Part shown: piece by piece, positions 63,401-64,000 of the stretch
Layout: each line of letters begins with the position of its first letter
Numbering within the stretch: position 1 is the stretch's first letter
DNA from: Bilabrum cf. latius
Taxonomy: Eukaryota
Direction of reading: 5' to 3'
DNA length: 64,000 bases
Assembly: GCA_965178125.1 (NCBI GenBank)
Contig: OZ237759.1
Location: forward strand, 434,001 to 498,000
Translations under genes and position numbers: made by a program
Notes under the pieces: model-generated
What the model saw: only the letters and a program-made list of their open reading frames with translations
What the model was told of the DNA's origin: nothing
Databases searched by the model: none

Positions 63401-64000
63401 TCCCGCGCGACACGTACTCTCCTAATCCTAATCCCGGTGCAGCAGCAGCAGCAGATCTAGATGGTGACCCGGGGCGATTGCCCACCACCGCCCCGCGACC
63501 ATGTCCACCTGCGCTAGCATCGTTGACGTCGATCTCAAGGTCAGACGAACCTTCGCTCTCCGCGGCAGGTTCCTCGGGCCTCTTGGTCGCGACCGTGCTC
63601 GCCCAGCCGCACCGCACGAGCAAGTGCCTGGCTTTCTGCGCGGCCTGCAGCACCCGCTCCAGCGCGGCGCCCTCGAGTGCGGAACCTCCTCCCCCACCCC
63701 CACTGCCACCCCCTACTGTCCCGAGTGCGGCGGTCGCTCGTACCAGCTCGGCGGCTTGCTTCCTCGCCTGCTCCTCGAGCAATGCCCGGCCAGCACCCCC
63801 CTTTCCGATGGCCTCCGACCCCCCGTCACCGGCCTCACTCGTCACATGCAGAAGCTCGGAGGTAGTGGCGCTGCCGTGCGACGCTCCGGAATACCGAGGC
63901 TGTTTTCTGCGACCAGTTCCACCCAGCCCTTGGTTCCGCTCTGCGCGGCGCCTGCGGAACCTCCACCCGCCCCACGCGTCGGACTCGCGACCAAAACCCC
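60420..64000 (-). CDS. Fibronectin type III repeat protein (5' partial)
   Basis: GLRQGRRYEFRVSARG, LLLRWSAPRSRGAKVRCYEV, WQFRVRAVAESG, GLSPSTEYVFRVRARNAVGWGPF. TAGs at 63066 and 61680, stop TGA. The frame is open to the window edge. Confidence 0.85.

Noticed and set aside
378-64000. A region of mass pseudogenisation
   Set aside because: The interruptions are exclusively TAG, frames and conserved motifs of essential genes are preserved, and only one frameshift was found.

Overview
GC-rich, gene-dense nuclear DNA from a flagellated eukaryote, probably a protist. It holds about 20 protein-coding genes, short GT-AG introns (GTGAG/GTAAG donors, ~65-240 bp) and several head-to-head gene pairs. The main result is a non-standard nuclear genetic code: TAG is a sense codon, almost certainly Gln, while TGA (mostly) and TAA remain stops. 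By hand count about 100 in-frame TAGs interrupt otherwise intact genes. Reading them as Gln joins the fragmented ORF track into full-length CFAP45, CFAP52, THOC1, SART3, ALYREF, CTF18 and KDSR. It also reveals two genes missing from the ORF track (a mitochondrial-type glutaredoxin and a Frizzled-like CRD protein) and a divergent homeodomain-like region. A second unexplained signal is the 11-mer CACTCGTCACA, found at least 12 times exactly, inside coding sequence, in both orientations and four reading frames. The 24.7-38.3 kb block holds lineage-specific genes (a tandem duplicate pair, one frameshifted) with coding minisatellites. No rRNA, tRNA, CRISPR array or transposase was recognised. All gene models were built by hand, so start codons and splice sites are provisional.
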